From assembly GCA_964433455.1 (NCBI GenBank), contig CAYSSF010000002.1:7950-71393 (forward strand): a DNA stretch of 63,444 nucleotides, in the 5' to 3' direction. Under the pieces are notes generated by a model. The model did no database searches. It saw only the letters and a list, made by a program, of their open reading frames with translations, and had not been told where the DNA came from. Made by a program: the position numbers and the translations under genes. Below are positions 27,439 through 37,827 of the stretch, in pieces. The DNA comes from an uncultured Syntrophaceae bacterium. Its GTDB lineage: Bacteria; Desulfobacterota; Syntrophia; Syntrophales; UBA5619. Every line of letters begins with the position of its first letter. Position 1 is the stretch's first letter.

Positions 27439-28773
27439 CCATTCTTGCGCTGCGATCTGCAGCGGATCCCAGGGACCGCTCAGCAGGGTGCAGGACAGAT
27501 CGAGATCGCCGATCTCATCCATCTTCATGCCGTTGAAGATGGCGGTGGCGATAATGTCCACCCTCTTCGATATTTCGGCGCCGTGATGGCCGATGATCTG
27601 AACGCCGAGCACCCTTTTGGATGCTCTGTCGCCGGTCATACGAAGGGTCAGCTTATGGGCAACGGAATCGCATTCCCTGTGATCCCAGTACGCACAGGCA
27701 ATCGTCAGCGGATCGAATCCGGCGTCTTGCGCCTCCCTGTCGGGCAATCCCGTCCATGCGGCCATCCAATCGAAGATCTTCAACACCCGCGTGCCGAGCG
27801 ATCCTCGATAGTCATGATGGCCGCCGGCGGCGTTTTCGCCCGCCGTCCGGCCCTGCTTGTGCGCTGTGGCGCCGAACGGAAGGTAGTCGTATCGTCCCGT
27901 CAAATTGTGGCGCGTTTCCGCACAGTCGCCGGCGGCATAGATGTCCGCAATATTGGTTTCCATTCGTTCCGTTACGCGGATGGCGCCGAAATCACCGGTC
28001 TGCACGCCCGTCGCCGCCGCCAGGCCGATGTTCGGACTTGGGCCGGCGGCGACCAGCACCAACTCCGCATCCACGTAAAAATCGTCCCCGCCTCTGGCCC
28101 GCAAGATTGAACCTGCCTGTTCGATGGTGTCTACCCAGGTCCGCATGACCACATGAACACCATGATGCTCAAGGATTCTTCCGACCTGTTGCCCAGGTTC
28201 CGGGTCCAAGTTGGGCAAGACCGTATCCGCACATTCGACAACGGTCACCTCCATCCCCCGACCTGAAAGGGCATCCACCATCTCCATCCCGATCGCTCCA
28301 CCACCGACGATGACCACGGAGGCTGGCTTTTTTTCATCCAGGAAGCGCCGCAGGGCTAAGCTCTCCTCAACCCACCGCAGAACAAAGACCCCGGGGAGAT
28401 TTGTCCCTTGGATCTTCGGTGGAACGGTTCCGGCCCCGGTGCACAGGATGAGTTTGTCGTATTCCACCGTTCTCCTCGACCCGCCGGGCTCTTCGATGGT
28501 TATGGTCTTGTTTTGAGAATCGATGGATTCCGCCCGGTGGTCGACCAAGAGATGAACCCCCTCTCGTTTGACCATCTCATCAGCGGCCTGATAAACCTGT
28601 TTGCACCGGTCCGGCATCTCCCTGCTCAGGTAAAAGGGAATTCCGCAAATGCTGAAATTGGGAGATCGATCCGCCGTGAGGACGATGATCTCGATCTCCG
28701 GGTCCTTCTCTCTGGCACGCAGGGCTGCACTGATGCCCGCGTCGCTCCCACCTATGACGACCAAGCGACTCAT
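27388..28773 (-). CDS. pyridine nucleotide-disulfide oxidoreductase, CoA-disulfide reductase/NADH oxidase family
   Basis: VVIGGSDAG FAD motif, redox Cys context SPNFSICGIPFY, second Rossmann VVIVGGGAIGMEM, and GDCA. The last ~17 codons derive from the arsC relic. Confidence 0.8.
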   Translation of the reverse strand: MSRLVVIGGSDAGISAALRAREKDPEIEIIVLTADRSPNFSICGIPFYLSREMPDRCKQVYQAADEMVKREGVHLLVDHRAESIDSQNKTITIEEPGGSRRTVEYDKLILCTGAGTVPPKIQGTNLPGVFVLRWVEESLALRRFLDEKKPASVVIVGGGAIGMEMVDALSGRGMEVTVVECADTVLPNLDPEPGQQVGRILEHHGVHVVMRTWVDTIEQAGSILRARGGDDFYVDAELVLVAAGPSPNIGLAAATGVQTGDFGAIRVTERMETNIADIYAAGDCAETRHNLTGRYDYLPFGATAHKQGRTAGENAAGGHHDYRGSLGTRVLKIFDWMAAWTGLPDREAQDAGFDPLTIACAYWDHRECDSVAHKLTLRMTGDRASKRVLGVQIIGHHGAEISKRVDIIATAIFNGMKMDEIGDLDLSCTLLSGPWDPLQIAAQEWMKSTNVSIGTSLTRRS

Positions 28774-28935
28774 CGACGCTCTCCTTGTGACGGCCGAATC
28801 TGGCCGCGATCATGCCCCGCGAATATCGTCAGGAAAGGGGAAACGGTTCAAGGGACAAAAGGAGGGCGAAACCCCTGAACAGTTCCCCTTTCCGAATTGT
28901 ACGGGATCCGACGAAAGAGAGCCTACGGCTCTTTT

Positions 28936-28974
28936 GTTACAACAATGTGAATGAAAGATGAATTGTCGATGACA
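28936..28974 (-). promoter_or_regulatory. Pho-box-like array (4 phased half-sites) upstream of the CoADR-family gene
   Basis: Minus strand reads TGTCAT(28974-28969), ATTCAT(28963-28958), ATTCAC(28952-28947), TGTAAC(28941-28936) at 11-bp spacing, 163 nt before ATG 28773. Confidence 0.5.
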
Positions 28975-29086
28975 TCGTCGGACAGGCAACGAATCCGACG
29001 ACGGTGAAAGCGAGCTGAAAAATGTGGAGGTGGCCCACATCCAGAATTGCGCGGACGTTCGGCCTGTCGATGCGGGTGACTTTGCG

Positions 29087-30136
29087 TTAAGATTGAGTGA
29101 AAAGAGTGACAGGCGGGGCTGAAGCGCGGTGGCTCCTTTCAAAAGGCGGGGATGAAGCCGCGAATTCGACGCGCATACCGCCTTCGGGATGCGAATTTGT
29201 CCTGATATATCGCCAATGAACACCGCTGATTTGCCAAAGACCGGTTTCACCCGGACCCATCTCCACCTTGCAGACGATCCCGTATTGAAACTTTTCGATC
29301 CTCAACCCGGTGCAAAAATCTCCCAATGAGAAGGCAAGCAATTTTAAACCATTGCCATGTTTCAAGCTAACCAGCGGCTGAGGAACGTGGGGGTGGTGCC
29401 CTATGACGGCGTCAAAATCTTGGAGAAACCGTTTGCCCGCGCAGACAATCGCCGGCCGCGGAAACATCTCCAGTTCGTATCCCCAGTGGGGATATGCAAT
29501 GTTCAAAGTCGCGGCGCCGCGGCTCGCGTCAAGGGAGGCAAGAGGCGCAATCTCGCTGCAGGGATGGTTGCTCCACATCGAAGCGGCCACGACCCGGACG
29601 CGCCCGGTAAGATCGGCGAAAGGCTCCTGCCGCAAACCAAAAACGCGGAATCCTCTTTTCCGCAGGCTGTCGAGAGACTGCCGGAAGATGGCCGGTGGAA
29701 AATCTCCTGCATGGTTGTTGGCAATGGAGAGGAAAGTCCGGTCAGGCCGGGAGAGTTCGGTCAGGGCATCAAGGATCGCAGGATCGTGGACCTGGGCCGC
29801 GAGCCCTCTTTTCCCGGCCCGGGTAATCGTTGCTTCGAAATTTCCGATGACGAAATCGCAATCCCGGAAGAATTCGACGACCGCGGGCGAGATCTGGAGT
29901 CTTTTGCCGCGCATATCCATGATGTCCCCCACAAAACCCACAGTCATGCAGCCAACGATGGGGTTCAGGACGCAATTTTCCGGCAACGGTCGAATCCCGC
30001 AGGGGTTTGTCTTGGAGACGCCTCGAACATTCCTCCAGATCCAGCGGATCGCTTCCCGCAATGGATAGGGGACGCAGCGGTCATGAGGGACCTCGGACAG
30101 GCAACCTTCCCGATGGTCTGCGTTCTCTCCGTTCAA
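29087..30136 (-). CDS. CapA/PGA_cap-family metallophosphatase-like protein
   Basis: FVGDIM, NFE, ANNH.GD, YPHWGYE and GHHPHV motif series is typical of the CapA family. The track start at 30136 is TTG, and an internal ATG at 29947 (MTVGFVGDIM) is an alternative start. Confidence 0.7.
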   Translation of the reverse strand: MNGENADHREGCLSEVPHDRCVPYPLREAIRWIWRNVRGVSKTNPCGIRPLPENCVLNPIVGCMTVGFVGDIMDMRGKRLQISPAVVEFFRDCDFVIGNFEATITRAGKRGLAAQVHDPAILDALTELSRPDRTFLSIANNHAGDFPPAIFRQSLDSLRKRGFRVFGLRQEPFADLTGRVRVVAASMWSNHPCSEIAPLASLDASRGAATLNIAYPHWGYELEMFPRPAIVCAGKRFLQDFDAVIGHHPHVPQPLVSLKHGNGLKLLAFSLGDFCTGLRIEKFQYGIVCKVEMGPGETGLWQISGVHWRYIRTNSHPEGGMRVEFAASSPPFERSHRASAPPVTLFTQS

Positions 30137-30168
30137 CTCCGCAGTACTCCTTTCCCTTTTGATGGTCG

Positions 30169-30207
30169 TTTAACCATAATTTCATCAAGCTGTCACACTC
30201 CCGTAAA
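30169..30207 (+). promoter_or_regulatory. Pho-box-like array (4 phased half-sites) upstream of the small HMA-like gene
   Basis: TTTAAC(30169), TTTCAT(30180), TGTCAC(30191), CGTAAA(30202) at 11-bp spacing, ending 72 nt before ATG 30279. Confidence 0.6.
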
Positions 30208-30278
30208 AGAGCAATGGTAGATTTGCCCGCAAATGGACGCAAGAAGCTTACGACCTTGGACGAGCATAAGGAGAAAAA

Positions 30279-30602
30279 ATGAATCATTACATCCATGACG
30301 TTCCCGGGAGAATCCGGGTAAAAAGTCCCGGGATAAAAGGCAACCAGCGCGCGGCCGACGAGGTGAAATATCTCGTTGCGGGTTTCAGCGGTGTCAATTC
30401 GGTGGAGTGCAACCTGATCACGGGAAGCATTCTAATCAACTATCAAAAGGATAAGCTCAACAAAAAGGTCATTGTCGATCTGCTCTCGGAAAAGGGGTTC
30501 TTCGATCAGTCGAAAGCGGTGACGATCGATGAATACTTCAACAGGGCCGCAAATTACATCGGCCGATCCGTCATCCCCGATCTCTTGATGGGGTTGATCT
30601 GA
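30279..30602 (+). CDS. small HMA-like (HMA2-type, no CxxC) protein
   Basis: 107 aa with an AAGGAG RBS. HDVPGRIRVKSPGIKG...VNSVECNLITGSILINY matches the N-domain of the ATPase (34700-37762) and the protein at 39297-39782. Confidence 0.7.
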   Translation: MNHYIHDVPGRIRVKSPGIKGNQRAADEVKYLVAGFSGVNSVECNLITGSILINYQKDKLNKKVIVDLLSEKGFFDQSKAVTIDEYFNRAANYIGRSVIPDLLMGLI

Positions 30603-30630
30603 CCCAAGGGTTGTTCCTAACATCACTATT

Positions 30631-31275
30631 TTACAGATGTATTACATTTTCGTTAAATGATGCCCCCCTGTTGCGTCTGACGGAGCTGATTTTGTTCTCT
30701 TCCCACAACCCGGCGTAAATCACCCTTCCGGATCGATCGGTCTGCGTTCCATATCCGTCGAACATCCCATGCGCGAAATCGCCATGATAGGACGAACCAT
30801 CGGTGTCCGTAAAAACACCCCTCCCGTGAAACCTTCCCTCCACGAAATCGCCGCGATAGGATGATCCATCGAATCGTCTTAAAACACCCTTCCCGTGCAT
30901 CTTCATCTCCTTCACTTCCCCCTCATACTCGCTGCAATCCGTCACGATCCTTGCTGTCCTGCCAACGGGGTTGAAGCCGTCCCACGTTCCGGAAAGCGCA
31001 AAACCTTGATAATGGAGCGTCCCTTTCCCTTTAGGCACAAGCCCCATAATTTCTCCAAGATATTTCATCTCACCGCCGGGGGAAATCAACATCGCGTCAT
31101 TTTCGACGGGGTTGCCCTCTTTCCATGGGCAGCCCAGAATCAATCCTCCGGAAAAGGTCAGTACGCCTCTGCCATGGAAGCGCCCTTTTCGAAAACTCCC
31201 CTCATATCTTTTGAATTCGCTGCCTTCTGGAAATTCCAACACACCCTGCCCGGTGAGTTCCAAAAACTTGAGCAT
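30631..31275 (-). CDS. MORN-repeat protein
   Basis: Repeated Y.G.F..G..HG.G units (YEGSFRKGRFHGRGV, YEGEVKEMKMHGKGV, YRGDFVEGRFHGRGV, YHGDFAHGMFDGYG). 214 aa. Confidence 0.75.
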   Translation of the reverse strand: MLKFLELTGQGVLEFPEGSEFKRYEGSFRKGRFHGRGVLTFSGGLILGCPWKEGNPVENDAMLISPGGEMKYLGEIMGLVPKGKGTLHYQGFALSGTWDGFNPVGRTARIVTDCSEYEGEVKEMKMHGKGVLRRFDGSSYRGDFVEGRFHGRGVFTDTDGSSYHGDFAHGMFDGYGTQTDRSGRVIYAGLWEENKISSVRRNRGASFNENVIHL

Positions 31276-31405
31276 ATTGTCCCTCTATGTGATTGCTTGC
31301 TTCCGCGTGTCATTCAGGTTTTTATGCGCTGCTCGGTTACGGCACCGTCGCGACATCCTCACGGTCCCAATGTATTTCCCACCCCAACCCTGTCCGCCGC
31401 CGGTT

Positions 31406-33331
31406 TCACGCCGCCCCAATTTCTTCGATGATCTCCGACTCCATCGGCGGAGCTTCAATCGAGCGCCTTGCAAACGCGCACCTGAAGGAATGCCACGCCC
31501 GTCTAAACGGATTTGGTCTCTTCTCCGGCCGGTTGCCATCCCCCACCAAAGCCACAAGATCGGCAACAAACCCGTTCATCTGTTCCGCCTGGGCGCTCAT
31601 CTGTTCGGAAGCCGAAGCCGATTCTTCCGCACTTACTGCGTATTGCTGCACGATCCTGTCCATCTCAACGACTGAGGCGCTCACCTGGCCAACACCTCTG
31701 GCCTGTTCTTGCGAGGCCGCCGTGATCTCTTCAACAAGCGCAGCGCAGCTTTTCGCCGAGTGGGCCACCTCCGCAACGTCACCATTCGTTTTGCCGACAA
31801 TTTCGCATCCCTCTTTGACCTGGTCCGTCATGTGCGCTATGAGGTCAGCGGTGTTTTTTGCCGCTTCGGCTGTTCGCCTGGCCAGATTTCTCACCTCCTC
31901 GGCAACGACTGCGAAACCCATCCCCGCCTCGCCGGCCCTGGCCGCCTCCACGGCGGCATTCAGAGCGAGGATATTGGTCTGGAAGGCGACTTTGTCGATC
32001 GTATCGATGATTTTTCGCGTCTCCTCGCTTGTCTTTGCCAATTCGCCCATGGAGGAGGTCAACCGGTGCATGGACAGGGAGGCAACGGAGGTCAGCTTGG
32101 CCGTACTCTGCATCAGGCGATCGGCCTGGAAAGCGTTGTCCGCGTTATTTTTGGTCATCGTATTGATCTGCTCAAGACTCGCCGAGCTTTCTTCAAGGGC
32201 TGCCGCTTGTCGGGACGCCCCCTCCGCCACGGACGAACTGGAAGAGGTCACTTGAGAAGAGGCATGGGCCACTTGAACGGCGCCGTCCAAAAGGCCTTTG
32301 GCGACGTCTCTGATGGGCTTTACGGTTGCACGGGTGATATAGACGGCCAGAACGATGCCGAGGAGGGTCGCGAGGAGAATGCCCATGATCATTGTGGACA
32401 AAGAAACCTTGTCGGCCGTCCGGACGGAAATCTTGTATGTCTCATCTAGACCTGTGTCGTGCGCCCCCTGGGTGAGCCTCACGACCTCGTTCCCGGTCCG
32501 TTGTCCCTCTTTGTTGATCTTCTGGACATCTGACCAGATGGCGACGAGCTCCTGCAGGGAATCCTTGTACATTTGGGAAGCGTTTTTCAGGTTGCTCACC
32601 AGGCTAAGTTCCTCTTCGGAGCGCGACAGCTCCTTCAGGGCCTTAAGCTTCTGGTCAATCGTTTCAAAGTATTTTCCCGTTTCGTCGATGGCCGTCAGGT
32701 CCCGCTTGGTCCGCGCCGACGATGCCGCCAGCACAATCTTGTTCCCCAAGTCGACCAGCTCGTTCATGAAGGCAACCTTGTTCAGTCTTTCCAAAAGCTT
32801 GTCGCGACTTGTCCCCGCGCGCATTTCGGTTTTCAACGTATCGAATTGACGGGAGAGAAAGCGGTTTGCGTTGCCCATGAAGAACTTGTTGGTTTCCTGC
32901 ATGTCGTCATAGTTTCTCATCAAGTCATAGTCTTTCACGGCAGCCGAATTGAACTGCTGTTCAAAAAGATCGATCTTGCTGCGGGCCCCTTTTACGGTCT
33001 CTTGAAACCTTGCCAGATTTGGGGTCCCGGAAGCCATTTTTTCGGCATGGTCAAGATTTTTCCTGGCTTCAGCCAACGCCGCCTTCCCCTCACTGAGAAC
33101 ATTGCTGTCCTGGGTGTATGAATAGATGGTGGCGCCCAGTGCGGCCTGAAGAAAGTTGCGCTCCAAATCGCTCGCAAGTTTCACCTGCGGAAGATATTCC
33201 TCTGCCAGTCTTTGCGTGGTCGCCTCGATCGTCAACGTGTTCCACAATGCGATGCTGCCGAAAACAATGTTCAAGAAGATAACGATTCCGAAACCGACGC
33301 CGATCTTCACCCCCAATTTCATGGATGTCAT
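31406..33331 (-). CDS. methyl-accepting chemotaxis protein
   Basis: N-terminal TM, periplasmic-type helical sensor, second TM, HAMP, and the conserved signalling hairpin ([37 protein letters not shown]). ATG 33331 (MTSMKL) is preferred over the track start at 33364. Confidence 0.88.
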   Translation of the reverse strand: MTSMKLGVKIGVGFGIVIFLNIVFGSIALWNTLTIEATTQRLAEEYLPQVKLASDLERNFLQAALGATIYSYTQDSNVLSEGKAALAEARKNLDHAEKMASGTPNLARFQETVKGARSKIDLFEQQFNSAAVKDYDLMRNYDDMQETNKFFMGNANRFLSRQFDTLKTEMRAGTSRDKLLERLNKVAFMNELVDLGNKIVLAASSARTKRDLTAIDETGKYFETIDQKLKALKELSRSEEELSLVSNLKNASQMYKDSLQELVAIWSDVQKINKEGQRTGNEVVRLTQGAHDTGLDETYKISVRTADKVSLSTMIMGILLATLLGIVLAVYITRATVKPIRDVAKGLLDGAVQVAHASSQVTSSSSSVAEGASRQAAALEESSASLEQINTMTKNNADNAFQADRLMQSTAKLTSVASLSMHRLTSSMGELAKTSEETRKIIDTIDKVAFQTNILALNAAVEAARAGEAGMGFAVVAEEVRNLARRTAEAAKNTADLIAHMTDQVKEGCEIVGKTNGDVAEVAHSAKSCAALVEEITAASQEQARGVGQVSASVVEMDRIVQQYAVSAEESASASEQMSAQAEQMNGFVADLVALVGDGNRPEKRPNPFRRAWHSFRCAFARRSIEAPPMESEIIEEIGAA

Positions 33332-33512
33332 TTTTTGGTCCCCTATCGCGGCCGGTGGGCGCATGGTCTATTTGCCCGAACTGTTCCGAACAGCGTGAAA
33401 GATGTCACGCTATTGTTGCGTGCGCCTTACGGTGATGTGAAATGAATGTTAATTTTTTGCCACTTACAGGTCTTGGCGGGGTTGAGATTAGAGCTATCCT
33501 TCTTGACTTGCG

Positions 33513-34703
33513 CTACGATCCCAGCAGCGCAGCTTTGTCCGTCCGTTCCCAGGGAAGATCAAGATCTGTTCTGCCGACCTGTCCGTACACGGCAAGCCGC
33601 CGATAGAAACCGTCCCGCGCAATCGAAGGAAGGTGTCGGAGATTGAACTGTTTCACAATCGCGGCCAGCCTAAAATCGAACAGCCGTTCAACCCGGTCAG
33701 ACAGTTCGTCATCGGCAATTTTTCGCGTGCCGAAAGTTTTGATCTGGACGCTCACGGGACGCGCCAAGCCGATGGAATAGCTCAACTGCACTTCACACTC
33801 GTCTGCCAGTCCGGCTGCTACGACATTCTTCGCCGCATAGCGGGCCGCGTAGGCGCCGACGCGGTCGATGCGCAACGGATCCTTGCCGCTCAGGGCGGCC
33901 TCGCTTTGCCGCGCATATCCGCCGTAAGTGTCCACACTGTTCTTTCTGCCGGTAAGCCCCGAATGCTGTGCAGGGCCACCGCCGATGAAAGGTCCGTCCG
34001 GATTGATGAAGATCTGCGTCTGGTCATCCGGCTTGATGGGTTCGTCCCGGAACACGGGATCGATGACCGAAGAGCGAATCTCCTCCGCCATTTTTCGCGG
34101 ATCGGGCTCGCCCGCCTTCGTCTGGCTAGCGATCACCGTAAGGCTGTGAATCCGGTAGGGCGAACGCTCCCGGTACCCGATCCCGACCTGTATCTTTCCG
34201 TCGGGATCCAGGTAGGGGAGCACCCCCTGCACCCTGACATCCCGGAGCCTCCGGGCGAGTTTGTGGGAGAGCCAGATAGGCAGGGGCATCAGAACAGGCG
34301 TCTGGTTGCAGGCATAGCCGAAGAGCGTTACCTGGTTCTTGACCGGTATCCGTTCAATCTCCTGATCCGACAGGGTTCGTTCATCGAAGCGACGGTAGCC
34401 ATCCGGCTCGATCTCCTTGAGACTTGTCACGATGCTGCAGTTCTTGGCGTTGAAGGTCCGGCGATTGTAACCCACCTGGTCGATCACGCTTCTGGCGATA
34501 TTCGCCACGTCCGCCGATGCCTCGGAATCGAACCGCGCCGCGACAAAGACGATGGATGTGGCTACCGCGCACTCGGCAACAATGCGCGACCACGGATCCT
34601 GCTGCAGGAAATGGTCGACAATGCTGTCGCTGATGAGGTCGCACAGCTTGTCGGGATGGCCTTCGGTGAGCGACTCGGATGTAAACAGAACGACCTTTTT
34701 CAT
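33513..34703 (-). CDS. divergent S-adenosylmethionine synthetase (MetK-like)
   Basis: SESLTEGHPDKLCD, GLTGRK, VDTYGG, SGKDP and AAYAARY motifs are present. The canonical GAGDQG loop is replaced (PVKNQVTLFGYA). The ATG overlaps the upstream ATPase stop (ATGA at 34700-34703). Confidence 0.8.
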   Translation of the reverse strand: MKKVVLFTSESLTEGHPDKLCDLISDSIVDHFLQQDPWSRIVAECAVATSIVFVAARFDSEASADVANIARSVIDQVGYNRRTFNAKNCSIVTSLKEIEPDGYRRFDERTLSDQEIERIPVKNQVTLFGYACNQTPVLMPLPIWLSHKLARRLRDVRVQGVLPYLDPDGKIQVGIGYRERSPYRIHSLTVIASQTKAGEPDPRKMAEEIRSSVIDPVFRDEPIKPDDQTQIFINPDGPFIGGGPAQHSGLTGRKNSVDTYGGYARQSEAALSGKDPLRIDRVGAYAARYAAKNVVAAGLADECEVQLSYSIGLARPVSVQIKTFGTRKIADDELSDRVERLFDFRLAAIVKQFNLRHLPSIARDGFYRRLAVYGQVGRTDLDLPWERTDKAALLGS

Positions 34704-37700
34704 TGCAACTCTCCTTTCCCATTTCCCTTGGCGAGTTCATTCACGATCACCGGCAGTACCGATGTTCCGGCAATGACCGCCCCGTCTGCGATGTTTATCG
34801 CCGTGTTGCCCAGCAGATTTCTCAATCCCGGCATCGCGACGGCCAATCCCTGGACTGCAAAAGATCCGGCGAGAGCCCCGGTGAGATGCCGATTCGGAGG
34901 CAACGGATTCCCGCCGAAGAGAGTCCGTTCCGTCGAACGGCAGCTCAAGGCGTGCAGGAGCTGCCCGGAAGAGAGGCTCAAGAACGCCAGCGTGCCGGCC
35001 TGCGCGCCCAAGCCGTACCGGACAACGCCGTATCCGTATGCGGCGAGCGCCCCCGAGGACAGCATGGCGGACTGAAGCATGATTTTCTTCAAATCGGCGG
35101 TGGTCAAGATCTCCTCGTCCTGTTGCCTCGGCGGTCTGGTCAGCACGTCCGGCTCCGGCGGTTCGAGGGCGAGCGCCAATCCCGGGAAGATGTCCGAGAT
35201 GAGATTGATCCAGAGAAGCTGCATGGTGTTCAGGGGCTGGCCGAGGCCGGCCCCGATCGCCACGAACATCACCATGATCTCGCTCATATTGGTGGAGAGC
35301 AGGTAGTGGATCGCTTTGCGGATGTTGTTGTAGATGGTCCTCCCCTGGCTGATCGCCACGATCATGGTCTGGAGGTTGTCGTCCTCCAGCACCACGTCGG
35401 CCACCTCGCGTGCCAGGTCCGTTCCGGTGTGGCCCATGGCAATGCCCACGTCGGCGGCCTTCAAAGCGGGTCCGTCGTTGATCCCGTCGCCGGTCATGGC
35501 CACCACCCGTCCCGCCTTTTGCAGAGACTGCACGATCTGCAGTTTGTGGGCGGGGCTGACCCGTGAAAAAATGGGGACGCGTTCGCTAAGGGAGCGCAGA
35601 ATATCGGGATCCATGTCGGCCAGATGGGTCGAGTCGAGAATTTCCATCTCCTCTCCGCGGCCGAGATCCAGTTCCTTTCCGATGGCGTACGCGGTCGGCG
35701 TCTGATCCCCGGTGATCATAACCGTATCGATGCCGGCTGTGTGAAATTGGGCAATCAGTTCCTTCACACCTTCCCTGATCGGATCGGCCATCCCGGTCAT
35801 TCCGAGCCAGATGTAGTCTTGTCCATTTGGATGGTCGCCGCATGGGCGTTCTCCGGATGCATCCACCGCCGCATAGGCAAAACCCAGAATTCGAAGGGCG
35901 CGGCCCGCCATCCGCTCGTTGGCGATCTCGATGACCCGCCGATCCTCATCGGTGAGGCGGCACTGTCTTCCCTGCACGATCTGAAAGGTGCATCGGGAGA
36001 GGATTTCGCGGGGACTTCCCTTGGCGGCATAAATGATCCTTCCCCGGTTGTCCTCGGCGCTGTGCAGCGTCGTCATGATGTTTTGGCCTTCGGACCGGTA
36101 CAGAATGCGAAGACGGGGATTTCCAGCCCGTAACGGTCGCGGATCGATTCCGGCGCTCAGGGCCATATGGATCAGCGCGTTTTCGGTGGACGAGCCTGTG
36201 ACCTCATAACACCCATCCCGGCCAGTTACTTCACTTTCATTGCACAACACCGAAACGTGGATCAGCCGCAGCAATTCGTCGCATGCAAAGGGGCTGATAT
36301 AGCCGTTCCCTGAAACGAACTTCCCGTCATGAAGGCGCATGGATCGCATCCCGGAGTAAAGCTCCTGCACGGACATGGTGTTCAGCGTGATGGTGCCTGT
36401 TTTGTCGAGGCAGATGGTCTGCAGGGAGCCAAGGGTTTCAACCGCTTCGAGATGGCGGATGAGCACATGCTGCTTTTTCATGTTCCGCAAACCCAGCGCA
36501 AGCGTTGTCGTCGCCACGGCCGGCAGCCCCTCGGGAACGGCGGCCACGGCAAGGGCGATGGAGGACTTGAGCATCTCCAGAAACCCGTATCCCCGCAGCA
36601 TACCGATCACAAAGACGCTCCCGCAGATCCCGATCGACATCAGGCCCAATTGCGTCCCCATGTGGTCGAGCTGCCTCTCCATGGGCGTATCCGGCGTTTT
36701 GATCTCGGAAGAAAGGCTCTGGATCTTTCCGATCTCCGTATACCGGCCGGTGCCCACGGCCACGGCCAGCCCCTGTCCTCCGATCACGAGCGTTCCCATG
36801 TAAACCATGTTACGCCGCTCGGCGAGGGGAATCTCACAACCGGCCGGCAGGACTGCTGCGGTCTTTTCAACGGGCATGCTCTCGCCGGTCAGGGCCGATT
36901 CATCGACGGTCAGGTGCTCCGTTTCGATGAGCCTTGCATCCGCCATAATGTAGCTGCCCGGCCGGAGAACGAGGATGTCGCCCGGCACCACATCCTCCGT
37001 GCTTCTCTCCTCAATGACGCCGTCGCGGATCACGGAGGCGTTCGGCCGCACCAGTCGTTTGAGCGAGTGGATGGTCTTTTCGGATCCGCTTTCGGTGAGG
37101 TAACCGATGGCGGAATTGACAACTACAACGGCCGCAATCACAACAGCATCAGCAAGGCCGCCGGTGAAAAGGGAAATGGCCGCCGCCACACCCAGAAGCG
37201 CCACGGGAAGAGATTTGAATTGACTCAATAGAATGGAGAGTCCCGAACGGGGAACCGACTCGGGAAGAATATTCGGGCCGTATTTTCGGATCTTGGCAAC
37301 GGCGGTCTGACCCGACAGCCCGATTGCCCTGTGGGAATCATGCCGCTCCAGGACATCGGCCGCCCCCATGAGATGCCACGGCTCCGCCGTCTGCTGTTCC
37401 GCCTTGGTAACCAGCTTCCGCAGGATCCGTCTGCTGGATGCTTTGTCGTCCCGCGCGGATTTTCCCCGCCGGATACCCGCCTGTGAACGATCGATCAGCA
37501 CTGTTTGCGGACCTAAGGAATTCCCCTGATTTGCATACTTTACAACGAACTTCAAGATAACGGCGGCAATCTCGCCAGGCGTCCTGTCCGGTCTGTGGAC
37601 AATCAAAACCGTGCCTGTCAGCGTGCTGGCCGAAATATGCAGGATTTCATTTCGTTTCGACAGCCCCTCCTCCAGATAGGCTTGGCAGGAATTTGAATGG

Positions 37701-37762
37701 TAGAGGCCGGCAACTCTGAAACGCGCTCTTCCTTTGACGGCGACATGAATCGGATGGACCAC
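34700..37762 (-). CDS. P2-type cation-transporting P-type ATPase with N-terminal HMA-like domain
   Basis: TGESMPVEK, PEGLP in TM4, DKTGTIT, KGSPREIL, TGDQ and GDGINDGPALKAADVGIAMG. The first ~75 aa (HVAVKGRARFRVAG...STLTGTVLIVH) resemble the small HMA-like proteins. GTG start with a GGAGA RBS. Confidence 0.88.
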   Translation of the reverse strand: MVHPIHVAVKGRARFRVAGLYHSNSCQAYLEEGLSKRNEILHISASTLTGTVLIVHRPDRTPGEIAAVILKFVVKYANQGNSLGPQTVLIDRSQAGIRRGKSARDDKASSRRILRKLVTKAEQQTAEPWHLMGAADVLERHDSHRAIGLSGQTAVAKIRKYGPNILPESVPRSGLSILLSQFKSLPVALLGVAAAISLFTGGLADAVVIAAVVVVNSAIGYLTESGSEKTIHSLKRLVRPNASVIRDGVIEERSTEDVVPGDILVLRPGSYIMADARLIETEHLTVDESALTGESMPVEKTAAVLPAGCEIPLAERRNMVYMGTLVIGGQGLAVAVGTGRYTEIGKIQSLSSEIKTPDTPMERQLDHMGTQLGLMSIGICGSVFVIGMLRGYGFLEMLKSSIALAVAAVPEGLPAVATTTLALGLRNMKKQHVLIRHLEAVETLGSLQTICLDKTGTITLNTMSVQELYSGMRSMRLHDGKFVSGNGYISPFACDELLRLIHVSVLCNESEVTGRDGCYEVTGSSTENALIHMALSAGIDPRPLRAGNPRLRILYRSEGQNIMTTLHSAEDNRGRIIYAAKGSPREILSRCTFQIVQGRQCRLTDEDRRVIEIANERMAGRALRILGFAYAAVDASGERPCGDHPNGQDYIWLGMTGMADPIREGVKELIAQFHTAGIDTVMITGDQTPTAYAIGKELDLGRGEEMEILDSTHLADMDPDILRSLSERVPIFSRVSPAHKLQIVQSLQKAGRVVAMTGDGINDGPALKAADVGIAMGHTGTDLAREVADVVLEDDNLQTMIVAISQGRTIYNNIRKAIHYLLSTNMSEIMVMFVAIGAGLGQPLNTMQLLWINLISDIFPGLALALEPPEPDVLTRPPRQQDEEILTTADLKKIMLQSAMLSSGALAAYGYGVVRYGLGAQAGTLAFLSLSSGQLLHALSCRSTERTLFGGNPLPPNRHLTGALAGSFAVQGLAVAMPGLRNLLGNTAINIADGAVIAGTSVLPVIVNELAKGNGKGELQ

Positions 37763-37827
37763 GACGGTGATCTCCTACAGAAGTTCGTTTCCGGTCACAG
37801 AAATCTACGAAAACCGATAGGTACCAT

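Noticed and set aside
28810-29250. 146-aa minus-strand ORF between the CapA-like and CoADR-family genes
   Set aside because: It overlaps the 3' end of the CapA-like gene and spans the Pho-box array. The sequence is Ser/Pro/Leu-rich with no motif, so the region is better explained as promoter and leader.
33436-33452. TTAACA/TTCACA pair at 11-bp spacing upstream of the MCP gene
   Set aside because: It has only two AT-rich half-sites and a poor third position, so it is too weak to list with the other arrays. It is mentioned in the Pho-box finding as a marginal candidate.
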